In this document: piece after piece, positions 8,495 through 18,300 of the stretch
How the letters are laid out: every line of letters begins with the position of its first letter
Numbering within the stretch: position 1 is the stretch's first letter
DNA from: Methanopyrus kandleri AV19
Lineage (GTDB): Archaea > JAADCQ01 > Methanopyri > Methanopyrales > Methanopyraceae
Assembly: GCF_000007185.1 (NCBI RefSeq)
Contig: NC_003551.1
Coordinates: 30,001-62,000 of the forward strand
Length of the DNA: 32,000 nt
Reading direction: 5' to 3'
Notes under the pieces: generated by a model
Seen by the model: the letters and a program-made list of their open reading frames with translations, nothing else
The model's database searches: none
Told to the model about the DNA's origin: nothing
Translations under genes and position numbers: made by a program

Positions 8495-9829
8495 TTAGTT
8501 CTTCCTTAATTTTGCGATGAAAAATCCCTGACATCGGTCGGTATGAGGGTAGAACCGTCGGGTTCCCGGAACTAATCCCCTCCTACCGAATTGAAGGTTC
8601 ACCTTCTCAATAGTCACATCGTACCGTCTTGCGACTCTTCGGATCACGTTTTCATTTTCGTTAATAGTCAAAGTACATGTTGAATACACCACAATACCTC
8701 CAGGTCGAACGGTCTTTATCGCTGCTTCCAACAATTCTGATTGGAGTTTAGCGTAACGTCGCACACGTTTCTTCGTGACGTTCCACCTGGTTTCCGGTCG
8801 CTTCTGGACGGAACCCATACCGGAACATGGAGGATCGACAATGGCTCGGTCGGCCTCTTCATCCAGCTCCTCCGGTATCTCTCGAGCGTCCGCACATCGG
8901 AGTTCGACGACACCATCGGGAACACGCTGCCACGCCAACTTCTCCCGCATAGCGTCCAATCGCCAGTCGGATTTGTCGACCGCAAGGATCTCTCCTTCGC
9001 CCTCCATCAAACAGAGGGCATGGAGCGTCTTTCCGCCGGGAGCCGCGCAGAGGTCGACTACGAACTCCCCGGGTTGTGGATCGAGTACGTGGGCGACTGC
9101 CGCGGAGGCCTTATCTTGAGTGAACACCAGACCCTCCTTCCACGCCTCAGTTCTGACTATAGGTATCTCCTCCTCGACTACACGTAGCAGGTCCGGTATG
9201 TGCTCATCCGGCTCCGTCAGCACACCCTCCTCCGCCAGGCGCTCGCGGACTTCGTCTACGTCCGCCCGCAGTGTGTTCACGCGGACGTACTTTACCGCGG
9301 GTTTGTTGCACGCTCGGAGGAAGTCTTCTATCTCGTCCTCGGGCAGCACGCGGCGGACGTAATCGACGAAGTCGGGTGGGAAGTAGTGCCGCAGGCAAAG
9401 GTCATCGTAACCGCGTCGCTTCAGCCGGTCTACGTCGTACTTCTCGAGGTCGAAACATACGGCGTGCACGAAGTCGGCCACTCTATCGCTGACTAGCTCC
9501 TTAGCTACCCGCGTCGCAGCGTCGGTTACCAACGCCGGACTAGTTCCCTCGAACAGCATCTCGTCAGCTGCGGTTACCAGAACTCCCTTCAGCTCCGGAC
9601 CAAGATCTTCGAAAGATCCCGATTGAATGACGTCATCGAGGATCTCCTCGCAGAGTCCCAACCGCTTGCCGAGTTCCATAAGTCGACGGTGAATGGCCCT
9701 AGCCCGATGGCTGGGAATGGAGAACGGATTGTCGAGAGCCCGGTAGAACGACTCCTTCAGGGAGACCCCGGACCGGTAGTGCTCAGCGAGTATCCTGGCT
9801 AGCATAGATACTATCTCACTGACCTTCAC
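8495..9829 (-). CDS. NOL1/NOP2/Sun-family RNA cytosine-C5 methyltransferase
   Basis: 444 aa with the SAM motif DLCAAPGGKT and the catalytic Cys motifs DPPCSGMG and YSTCT. Confidence 0.9.
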   Translation of the reverse strand: MKVSEIVSMLARILAEHYRSGVSLKESFYRALDNPFSIPSHRARAIHRRLMELGKRLGLCEEILDDVIQSGSFEDLGPELKGVLVTAADEMLFEGTSPALVTDAATRVAKELVSDRVADFVHAVCFDLEKYDVDRLKRRGYDDLCLRHYFPPDFVDYVRRVLPEDEIEDFLRACNKPAVKYVRVNTLRADVDEVRERLAEEGVLTEPDEHIPDLLRVVEEEIPIVRTEAWKEGLVFTQDKASAAVAHVLDPQPGEFVVDLCAAPGGKTLHALCLMEGEGEILAVDKSDWRLDAMREKLAWQRVPDGVVELRCADAREIPEELDEEADRAIVDPPCSGMGSVQKRPETRWNVTKKRVRRYAKLQSELLEAAIKTVRPGGIVVYSTCTLTINENENVIRRVARRYDVTIEKVNLQFGRRGLVPGTRRFYPHTDRCQGFFIAKLRKN

Positions 9830-10100
9830 ACGACCTCCCTTCGGTCGGCCAGTCGCGTTCGTAAAGAAATAGGTTTAGGAGAGACGAGACGTCACGAGCT
9901 CATAGGCGCTAGGCTGGCGATCTAGGGTGCGACTCCGGCACTGTCGCCCCTTCTACGATCTATTTTTTCCGTGCATGCGTGCGGGCTACGGCCTGCACAC
10001 CGGTTCCGATGTAGGTCGAACCTCGAAAGGAGTTCTCGGTGGGAATCCCAGCATGGGCCCGTCGTTTCTCAGAACCCCGCGACGTCCGGATTGGGGAAAT

Positions 10101-10110
10101 CATTATATCC
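10101..10110 (+). promoter_or_regulatory. TATA box of the RNase P RNA gene
   Basis: caTTATATcc is centred about 26 nt upstream of the first nucleotide of the P1 helix (10130). Confidence 0.6.
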
Positions 10111-10129
10111 CGTCAACTGGACGTAAAGC

Positions 10130-10590
10130 CGGGCGGCGGTGGGTGGGCTGGCGGCTCCCCCGCCCCGAGGAAGGACCCGCCGGAGCAAGGCAATGAAGGC
10201 GGGTCCGTCGGGGTACGGCCGTGGGGCCGCTAAGGGGAGGAAGCTCCGCCCCCGGGCCCGGGCCCGCCGCCCCGAGAGGGGGCCGGCCGAGAGGCCGGGG
10301 ACCGGCCACAGAAACGACACGTCCGTCGGCGGATGGCGATGACGCGGCTGAGGCCCGCCGTGGGCGGGCCGAGAAGGGCCCCGGCGACGGGGCCCGAGCT
10401 AACCCGCAGAGGACGCCGGCGGGATCGGTGAAACGGGCCGCCCGGCGGGGGGCGAGGCCGAATGAGCCCGATGATACGAGGGTGATGCCCCCGATGAGTT
10501 CCCGGGCCGGAGGGGGATGGTAGGCCGCTGAGGTGAATGCCGCCGTCTAAGGCTACAGAAGGCGGGCTATAGCCCACCCACCGCCGCCCG
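10130..10590 (+). ncRNA. rnpB: RNase P RNA (type A-like), unusually long and GC-rich
   Basis: A 20-bp perfect terminal helix pairs 10130-10149 (ggggcggcggtgggtgggct) with 10571-10590 (agcccacccaccgccgcccg). Universal elements are present: GAGGAAGGACCCGCC (CR-I / P4 5' strand, about 10167-10181), GGTGAAACGG, ACAGAAA and CTACAGAAGGCGGGCTATA (CR-V / P4 3' strand, with GGCGGG complementary to CCCGCC). Only low-complexity Pro/Arg/Gly ORFs cross the region. Confidence 0.85.
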
Positions 10591-10607
10591 CCCGTAATCG
10601 TCACGGG
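10591..10607 (+). terminator. hairpin immediately after the RNase P RNA 3' end
   Basis: CCCGT-aatcgtc-ACGGG, located between the RNA gene and the convergent radical-SAM gene. Confidence 0.3.
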
Positions 10608-10641
10608 TGTCGTAACAAATAACGCAAGGGGTGGGACGCGC

Positions 10642-11760
10642 TCACGTGGATACCCCGGATCTCTCGGCGCCCGTAGCCCCCTTAACCAGTGGCACGAGTT
10701 CTTCGGCGCTAAGACCCACCTTGTACAGTTCACCCTGCCTCGACTCGCGCCGGGCCAGCTCCTTACGGACGTCGGAGATCACCCGCATTCGGTACAGGTC
10801 CCACTCGGGCTCGATCCTCTCCTCGTCCGGTGCCCTGTCCTTAGAGAGCCTCTGAATGAGGACGGTCGGCGCCATACGTTCCAGGGCATCGGCCAGGAGC
10901 CTGATGTACTCGCGGTAGCTCAGCGGCTTGTAGCGGCGATCGTAGTACATACGTTCCAGATCGGTACGCTCTAGCACGACCAGCGGATACAGCTTCACGG
11001 CCTCCACTCCGAGCACCGAGAGGACCCTGACGGTCTCAAGCATCTCGTCTCGGGTCTCACCGGGAAGCCCGAAGATGATGTGGTTAACTATTCGGATCCC
11101 GCGTTCCTTGGCCCGGGTGATGGCGTCGATCACCTCGGCAAGTCCGTGACCGCGCCGCGTGCGGCGCAAGGTGCGATGGTGGTAAGACTGAACCCCTATC
11201 TCGAGCCAGACGTCGTAACCTTCTTTGACGTAGCCCTCGAGGATGTCCAGGACCTCGTCCGGTAAGCAGTCCGGTCGTGTTCCTATGGATAGACCGACGA
11301 CGTCTTCCATCTCCAGGGCACGGTTGTACAGTTCCTCCAGGACGTCGGGAGGCGCGTAGGTGTTCGTGGCCGGGTAGAAGTACACGAGGAACTTCTCGGC
11401 ACCGTACCTCTCGCGGAACACTTCCATCTGCTTACGAGCCTGCTCCTCGAGCTTCTTACGCGGGTCCACGTTGGGAGTGATGATCGTCCTGCCCATCTTC
11501 GGGCAGAATAGGCACCCTTCCCGGGATATCCTGCCGTCCTTGTTCGGGCACACGAAGCCGGCGTCCACGGCCGCCTTCATAACCTTGCAACCTTTCTCGC
11601 GACGGTAATACGCGCCGAAGGCCGCGAACTTCTCTCCGTCCTCGTACAGCTCCCGGACTATCCGTTCGTCGACGTACCTGGGTAAGGCACCATCGGTCGC
11701 CGGTTCGACCTCCCGTTGGAGCGTCTCGAGGTCCCGGAGATCGGATTTAATAGCCCCCAC
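10642..11760 (-). CDS. radical SAM protein, TIGR01212 (YhcC/ELP3-related) family
   Basis: 372 aa with the signature CPNKDGRISREGCLFC characteristic of this family. A TIM-barrel-like remainder follows. Confidence 0.85.
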   Translation of the reverse strand: MGAIKSDLRDLETLQREVEPATDGALPRYVDERIVRELYEDGEKFAAFGAYYRREKGCKVMKAAVDAGFVCPNKDGRISREGCLFCPKMGRTIITPNVDPRKKLEEQARKQMEVFRERYGAEKFLVYFYPATNTYAPPDVLEELYNRALEMEDVVGLSIGTRPDCLPDEVLDILEGYVKEGYDVWLEIGVQSYHHRTLRRTRRGHGLAEVIDAITRAKERGIRIVNHIIFGLPGETRDEMLETVRVLSVLGVEAVKLYPLVVLERTDLERMYYDRRYKPLSYREYIRLLADALERMAPTVLIQRLSKDRAPDEERIEPEWDLYRMRVISDVRKELARRESRQGELYKVGLSAEELVPLVKGATGAERSGVST

Positions 11761-11814
11761 CCCCGTGTTGAGGTCGAGTTAACGGATACAAAAACCGCTC
11801 GGGAGTGGCGGTAC

Positions 11815-12918
11815 ATGCCACCGAAATGGTACAGGCACGTGATGAGAGTGCTCTCCGAATCGCACGTGGTGTTGGAGGTTCGAGACGTGCGATATCCGGA
11901 GGAGACACGGTGGGAAAAGCTCCCCAGACTGGAGGACGTGTTCGACTTCACCCGGGTGGTCGTGCTCAACAAGGCCGACCTGGTCCCCCGGGCCGAGACC
12001 GAGCGTGTGAAGGAGGAAGTGGAGCTCGAGGAGGACGTACCTGCGGTGTACGTAAGCGCACGCGAGCGCATGGGTTTCCGGCACCTCCGTAGGACCATCT
12101 ACGAGGTAGCGCCGGAAGACGTCGAGACCGTGAGAGTGGGTGTAGTAGGGTTTCAGAACGTCGGTAAGTCCACGATAATTAACGCATTGACCCGGAGGAG
12201 TGCCGCAGAAACCTCTCGACGTGCGGGATACACCCGCGGAAAGCAGTGGGTACGCGGTGGTAGGAAACTGTTGGTCATCGACTCGCCGGGTGTGATCCCG
12301 ACCGACGAGGCTGCGGCCGAGGCCGTGGCGCTGGATCCAGACGTCCTGGAGGATCCCGTAGAGCCGGCGTTAGGCGTGATCGAGCGCGTCGTCCGCGAGT
12401 ATCCAGGGGCACTGTCCGACAAATTCGGTATCGATGAATCGATGGATCCGGAGAGGATCCTCCGGGATATCTCAGAACGCTTGGGTAAAGACCTCAGAAC
12501 GACCGCGAAACTACTCCTCCGGGAGTGGGTGGACGGCAGCCTGGTGGAGATTTATCGGACCACGCGGGCCGACCTAGCTGAGACTTCGGAGCTAGAGGTA
12601 GGTGGCACCGCCCAGCGCTTAGTGGAGGAGACTCTCCGTGAGATCGAGGAAGTGGTACCCGAAGGTATCCCCCCTAGCGCCGCGACGGTCCGGGGGATTC
12701 TAACGAGGCTGGCCCACGGAGAGAACGTGGACGGCGTGGGATTCGGCACCATAAGGCTGGGTGAATACGGTGTGGGAGTGTCCGTCGGCGACCGGTACTA
12801 CGATCGAATGGTTAGGAGACTGCGTCGTGAACTGGGGGGCGAAGTGATCTCTGAGGAGCGGTTCAGAGTGGGCGCCAACGGGCGGAAGGCGGTGGCACTG
12901 GTGACCAAGGGTCGGTAG
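11815..12918 (+). CDS. circularly permuted GTPase (YlqF/RbgA-like ribosome-biogenesis GTPase)
   Basis: Permuted motif order: G4 NKADL comes before G1 GFQNVGKST and G3 DSPG. I place the start at ATG 11815 (MPPKWYRHVMRVLSESHVVLEVRDVRYP, a family-like N-terminus). The track's TTG at 11716 would overlap the divergent radical-SAM gene by 45 nt. Confidence 0.8.
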   Translation: MPPKWYRHVMRVLSESHVVLEVRDVRYPEETRWEKLPRLEDVFDFTRVVVLNKADLVPRAETERVKEEVELEEDVPAVYVSARERMGFRHLRRTIYEVAPEDVETVRVGVVGFQNVGKSTIINALTRRSAAETSRRAGYTRGKQWVRGGRKLLVIDSPGVIPTDEAAAEAVALDPDVLEDPVEPALGVIERVVREYPGALSDKFGIDESMDPERILRDISERLGKDLRTTAKLLLREWVDGSLVEIYRTTRADLAETSELEVGGTAQRLVEETLREIEEVVPEGIPPSAATVRGILTRLAHGENVDGVGFGTIRLGEYGVGVSVGDRYYDRMVRRLRRELGGEVISEERFRVGANGRKAVALVTKGR

Positions 12919-12977
12919 CGCGGGCCGGTTTCCTCACCTTCTGCCCTGATCGGACCCCATGGCCCTCCCCATCCCCT

Positions 12978-13042
12978 CGAATCAGCGCGGGGAGTTCTCC
13001 GCATCTCCGGCCGTACTCGGAGCCTGAAACCGTCATCATCCC
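12978..13042 (-). ncRNA. candidate box C/D sRNA
   Basis: The minus strand carries a perfect C box AUGAUGA (13039-13033) and D box CUGA (12985-12982), 47 nt apart. A possible D' CCGA sits exactly 12 nt after the C box, and TTTTTTAC lies about 25 nt upstream of the C box. C' is degenerate and there is no terminal stem. Confidence 0.4.
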
Positions 13043-13092
13043 AACCCGTGGACGGTTAGGTCCGTAAAAAAGCATCGTGGAGGGACTGCACG

Positions 13093-13638
13093 TTGATAGC
13101 TCTAGTGAAGTCCGTCGAGGAGTACAGGCGGCTTCTGGGAGAAGTCGTCGAGGAGGGTGATGTGGTGGTAGAGCTGGGATGCCACCGGGGCGCCGCCACT
13201 CGGATTATACTCACCGGCTCCCCCCGACGTGTCGTCGCCGTGGACTACGGTAAGGACGCCGAGGAGGCCATGCGAGAGTTGGAACGTAGTCATCCCGAGC
13301 TCACGTTCGTCAAAGGGGACGCCAGGGAATACGACACCCTCAAACGTGTCCTCGAAGAACTAGGCGGACCTGAATGTGACGTGCTGGCCGTGGACCTCGG
13401 CGGTGGTATGTTCCCGGACACCGCGTTCAAGGTGTACTACGTGTGGTCGGTGACACTGCGACCACGGGATGCGGTGGTACGAAACGCTGGTCTCTGCGAG
13501 TTTCTGAAGCTGGCCGAGCTCCGGGAAGAGGTGCACCTCGACGACGAGAACCGGGGTTATCTCGGAGAGTTGAGCCCTCCCGGGATCCCAGGTAGGATCC
13601 GAGAGCGGTTCGAAGAGTTCAAGTTGTGGAGGGGATGA
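13093..13638 (+). CDS. putative class-I SAM-dependent methyltransferase-like protein
   Basis: 181 aa with a Rossmann motif-I-like DVVVELGCHRGAAT, then VAVDYGKD, VKGDAR and DVLAVDLGGG. TTG start. Confidence 0.6.
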   Translation: MIALVKSVEEYRRLLGEVVEEGDVVVELGCHRGAATRIILTGSPRRVVAVDYGKDAEEAMRELERSHPELTFVKGDAREYDTLKRVLEELGGPECDVLAVDLGGGMFPDTAFKVYYVWSVTLRPRDAVVRNAGLCEFLKLAELREEVHLDDENRGYLGELSPPGIPGRIRERFEEFKLWRG

Positions 13639-13670
13639 GGAGCCTCTCAATTGTAGGTCGTATGGAGATA

Positions 13671-14753
13671 CTACGTCCTCCGTATGGCCACATACCGCTT
13701 GATCGGACACCGTGCCATGTCGTCACACGCCAAGCAATCCCTCGGGTGGTTCCTGCAGCCCGTTACCCTCGCGTAACCACCCATCAGGGCCGCGCCCTTG
13801 CGACCGTCGTAGTGTTTCAGGAGCTTGTCGGCGCACTCTCCGACCTCGGGCGGCACGCTCCCGTTTATACCCGGCATGCCCGACCACGTCGCGTGCAACC
13901 CGCATTCCCTGGCTATCTCGACGGCTCTCTCCATCAAGCGTTTCGGGGCTCCGGGGTGCCGTTCCAGGACGAAGTTAGGCCTGAACGCCAGGAAGCACAC
14001 CGGAACGGACTCGTCGAGGTCCGCCAGGAACTCGCACATCGCCCTAATCTCCTCCGTATCGTGGGCCTTCGGAATTAGAAGGATCCGAACTTCCCAAATT
14101 TTATCCAGATACTTGGGGATTAAGAACTCCAGGTTCCGCAAGACAGGCTCGACGCGGGCTCCCGTGATGGCCCGGTGAAGGGGATCGGAGTACGCTTTGA
14201 AGTCGAAGGTGATCGAGTCCGCCAACTTAACGATACGACGCATGCTCTTGCGCGTCGCGAACCCGTTCGTGTCGAAGTTGACCTTCCATAGGTCCGTCGT
14301 GTCCCGGTAATGCTCGACGACCTGCTCTATATAAGGCAGGTGTATGGTGGGCTCGCCGCCCGAGAAGAATATCCTGTCCGCCCCGATCATGCGACCCTGA
14401 TTCGTTTCGATCATGTTCACAGCCTCGACGGCGAGCTCTTTGGGATCCTGATAGCCCAGGGCCCGTCCCTCGGGGTTGTCGGGATAATGAGCTATATCCC
14501 AGTTCTGACAGTTGAGGCACCGATAATTGCATCCGGCCATGAACACCGTATAGCTGGCCGGTGGCGCCGGGTGAAGTTGCTTAGCGGCGATGACAGGTTC
14601 GGTGACGCGACAGACGCCGCGTTCCCCCTCGAGCCTGTCGACACCACATTCCCAGGCGCAGAGCTTACAGTTGCGTAGGTCCTTCACGCGACCACCCCAC
14701 ACCCGAACCAACACCTTTCTACACCCTCCGGGGATGACGAGGCGACCGAACAC
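13671..14753 (-). CDS. radical SAM enzyme, PflX-like (homologue of pyruvate formate-lyase activating enzyme, COG1313 type)
   Basis: Radical-SAM cluster CNYRCLNCQNW, an N-terminal CKLCAWECGVDRLEGERGVCR and a C-terminal Cys cluster. The start is uncertain: GTG 14753, or an internal GTG near 14687 giving MKDLRNCKLC. Confidence 0.8.
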   Translation of the reverse strand: MFGRLVIPGGCRKVLVRVWGGRVKDLRNCKLCAWECGVDRLEGERGVCRVTEPVIAAKQLHPAPPASYTVFMAGCNYRCLNCQNWDIAHYPDNPEGRALGYQDPKELAVEAVNMIETNQGRMIGADRIFFSGGEPTIHLPYIEQVVEHYRDTTDLWKVNFDTNGFATRKSMRRIVKLADSITFDFKAYSDPLHRAITGARVEPVLRNLEFLIPKYLDKIWEVRILLIPKAHDTEEIRAMCEFLADLDESVPVCFLAFRPNFVLERHPGAPKRLMERAVEIARECGLHATWSGMPGINGSVPPEVGECADKLLKHYDGRKGAALMGGYARVTGCRNHPRDCLACDDMARCPIKRYVAIRRT

Positions 14754-14785
14754 CGATAAGTGAGGAACTCAGGCGGCGCTGACCC

Positions 14786-15367
14786 TTGCACTGGGAGGGT
14801 GAAAAAAGACGGAGGCTTAAGGAGCTGGAACGCGCCATAGAGCGGGGAGAGGTGGACGAAGCCGCCATTCCGGTCCTAGAGACCCTCAACTCGTTCGAAG
14901 AGTACTGTACGACCAGCAGCTGCTCCGGCCGGGTGGTCGTACTCCATGAGCCAGAGGTAGGTGACAAGATAGGGTCCGAGTTCGTGGCCAAGTGGCACGA
15001 GCCACCGGAGCCGGAGGAAGTTCGTGAAGCCGTGCTGAAAGCCCCTGAGGAAGGCATAACGTGGGTGAAAGCCCAGCCACCCCTGTTCCACGTGATGTGT
15101 AGGGACTTGGAGGCGGCCGTTCGGCTGAGGAATATCGCCTCAGAAGCCGGGTTCAAGGCGTCGTCCATACGTTCGGTCAAAAGTTCAAAGGTGATCGTAG
15201 AGATCCTCGGCGGTGAGCGGATGGACGTTCCGGCCAAAGTCAACGGGAAACTGACACTGCGCGAGAAGGCGTGGGATAGCGTCGTCGCCCTTTGCAACGA
15301 CATCCTACGGAGCGGGCACGAGCGGCTCAGTCGGCTGGTGGAAGCGCTGAAGGGGTTGAGCAGGTGA
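14786..15367 (+). CDS. taw3: Taw3 (TYW3 homologue), wyosine-derivative tRNA methyltransferase
   Basis: 193 aa with the TYW3 signature EEYCTTSSCSGRVVVL. TTG start. The stop TGA (15365-15367) overlaps the ATG of rgyB in a TGATG junction. Confidence 0.8.
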   Translation: MHWEGEKRRRLKELERAIERGEVDEAAIPVLETLNSFEEYCTTSSCSGRVVVLHEPEVGDKIGSEFVAKWHEPPEPEEVREAVLKAPEEGITWVKAQPPLFHVMCRDLEAAVRLRNIASEAGFKASSIRSVKSSKVIVEILGGERMDVPAKVNGKLTLREKAWDSVVALCNDILRSGHERLSRLVEALKGLSR

Positions 15368-18300
15368 TGGTGCTGAAACGTGCCGCGGACATGGTTCCGA
15401 AAGGATTCCGGGATTTAGTCGAGCCCATCCTGGACGACTGTGCTGACTTGGAGGAGCTAGCGGATCGCGTCGTCGAAACCGAAATGGAGCCAGATGAAGT
15501 ACGCCGCAGAGACGTTGGGAACACCGATTCTAACGAGCCGGTGGCGATTTTCGGATCCTCGTGCGTCCTGTGCGGAGGTGACTGCTCGTCCGTCCGGCTC
15601 ACCTCCAGGATAGGTATTTGCGAGCGGTGTCTTCCGGTCGATACGGAGACGCTACGCGAAGTACTGAAGGAAGCCAGAAAACGTCACGGGTACGTAGGAG
15701 AGGCTTTACTGATGTTCATCCTGGTAGAACGCTACTCACCGGATCGGGTGGAGGAATTCTTCCGTCGGTACGTCTGGCCGGAACTGTTCACCGAGATCGT
15801 CGACAGGGTCTTCGACCGGGCTACCGGGTTCCGACTATATTCGGCACAACGTGTATGGACGCGGAGACTGGTTAAAGGTTGCAGTTTCTCGATACTGGCC
15901 CCGACCGGTACCGGCAAGACCTCTTGGGGCTCGTTAGTAGCGGCGGTGTTCGGACATGCCGGACGCAGGGTGTACTACCTAGTCCCAACCACAACTCTGG
16001 TCCGGCAGGTCGAAAATAGGATCAAGGGATTCGCGCGCGACGCCGAACTGGACGTCGATGTAGTCGCGTATCACGCGGCTATGCCCACCCAAGCTAAACG
16101 AGAGGCTTTAGAACGTATCTCTTCCGGAGATTTCGACGTTCTGATCACTACGGCGCAGTTCTTGGTTCACCGTGTGGAGGACCTCGAGAAGCTGAACTTC
16201 GATCTGATCTTAGTGGACGACGTGGACGCGATCATCCGGGGTACCGGACGCAACGTCGACCGCGTGCTCCGCGTCGCCGGACTCGAGCAGGAGGAGATCG
16301 ATAGCGCGTACAGGTTGGCTACCCTCCGACGGCGCTACTACTCACTCCGAGATTGGCTTCGGTCGTTGGAAGACCGCGGAGACAAGCGCGCGGAGCGTGT
16401 CCGGGAGGAACTCCGAGAGGTCGAGCGCGAGATCGAGGAGCTCGAGGAACTGTTGAAGCGGGTTAAAAAAGAGCGCGATCTCGCACGGATCGTGTTCATG
16501 AGCGCGACGGGAGCCGCGGCCCCCTCCAGACGTCTCGCCGTGGTCCGAGAGCTCTTCGATTTCGAGGTCGGAGCGGGCGGGGAGGGTCTCCGTAACATTC
16601 AGGACATCGCGGTGATCTCCGAGCCGTCCCCGGAAGCCGTGGAACGGATCGTCCGGAAAGCCGGCGTGAAGGGAGGTCTGATCTTCGTCCCACAGCGGTT
16701 ACCGGGAGAGAAGAAAGCCAGAGAGATCGTGGAGGAGCTCGCGGAGCACCTGCGGTCTTCAGGGATCGAGGCTCGAGCGATTCATGCCGGAACGCCCGCC
16801 GAGGAGCGGGAGGAGGCCATCGACGGCTTCTCCGAAGGGGACGTAGACGTTCTGGTGGCCGTAGCCAGCCCTTACGGCGTGATAGTTCGAGGTCTCGACT
16901 TACCACAAGCCGCCAGGTACGCGGTCTTCTACGGGGTCCCCCGACAGCGGATAAGGCTGACTCCGCGCGAGGAAGACCTCAAGGACCCGACATACGTAGC
17001 CTCGGCCCTGTCCAACCTGGCCAGACTGCTGGACGATCGCAGAGCGAGGAGTCGCTTGGAGGGTGTAGCGGGTCGACTGTGGAGGATCATCAGACGCGGG
17101 ACCTGGATCAGGGAGCGGCTGGAAGAGGCCGTGGAACCGCTCTCCTTGAATACGCTGATGAAACTCGCGAAGCGAGACCCGGAAGATATCGCCGAGCAAC
17201 TCGACGTCGACAGGTGGCTGGCACGGCACGTTCAAACGTTAGCCGAAGGTGTGCGAGAGCTGACTCGGTTGTTGGGCGACCCTGACCGGGTGAAGGCCCT
17301 GGCCGAAGAAGCTACGACGGTCGCTGTGTACGAAGAAGGCGAGGAAGCCTACTTGGAGGTTCCCGACCTCCGGACGTACATACAAGCCAGCGGTAGAGTT
17401 AGCCGTCTCTTCGCCGGTGGAGTGACCTTCGGGTTGTCCTTCGTCCTATGTCCCGAGGACGAACGCGAGCTTCGGACACTGAACGGTCTGATCCGACGCA
17501 TGTCCTACACCTACGGTTCGGAGTTCGAATGGAGGTCCTACCCGAAGTCTTTGGACATGAAGGAGATCGGTCTAGAGCTCAAGGAAATTTCGGACGAGGA
17601 ACTCGAGGAACTCGTGAGGAAGGTGGACGAAGACCGGGAACGAGTCCGGAAGGTACTCGCAGGCGAGCTGAAACCGGAGGAAACCGGTCGACTCGCCCGT
17701 TCAGCCTTGATGATCGTGGAATCTCCAAACAAGGCCCGCATGATCGCCTCGCTGTTCTCCCAGCGCCCGTCACGCCGCAGACTGAACGGAGGGGTGGCGT
17801 ACGAAGCTGCAGCGGACGGTCTTCATCTCACCGTCGTCGCCACACAGGGTCACGTCGCCGACTTGGTCGAAGAGCCCGGAGTCCACGGTGTGCTCCGGAT
17901 CGACGAACGCTGGGTGCCGATGTACGACGTCCTGGGCAGGTGTAGCGAGTGTGGTGAGCAGGTGGTCGGTTCCGAAGAGTGTCCGAACTGCGGCGGTGAA
18001 GTAGAGCTCAAGACCCCGCTTCTAGAGTCGATCCGGGAACTAGCCTCGGAGGCGGACGTGATACTCATCGGAACGGACCCGGACACCGAGGGAGAGAAGA
18101 TCGGATGGGACGTCTTCAACTACCTGGGCTGGACCACGGCCCAGGTGTACCGAACTGAGTTCCACGAGGTCACTAGACGCGGCATCTCCGAGGCACTGAA
18201 GGAAGAGAGCTGGAAGAACGTCGATGCAGGCCGTGTGTCGGCTCAGATTCTCCGGCGAGTGGCCGACAGATGGATCGGGTTCTCACTATCTCAGGACTTG

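Noticed and set aside
9927-10733. Multiple 60-170-aa ORFs on both strands (for example 10230-10733 minus, 10221-10523 plus) across the 9.9-10.7 kb region.
   Set aside because: They are Pro/Arg/Gly/Ala low-complexity translations of the very GC-rich RNase P RNA gene, and several mutually overlapping frames are open at once. The RNA-gene interpretation explains the region.
11716-11814. The TTG-initiated extension of the cpGTPase ORF, which would overlap the divergent radical-SAM gene by 45 nt.
   Set aside because: The ATG at 11815 gives a family-typical N-terminus and removes the head-to-head overlap. The extension has no recognisable features.
15292-15366. A 25-codon N-terminal extension of the reverse gyrase ORF.
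   Set aside because: It overlaps the 3' end of taw3. An ATG at 15367 forms a TGATG stop/start junction and gives the expected N-terminus (MVLKRAADMV...).
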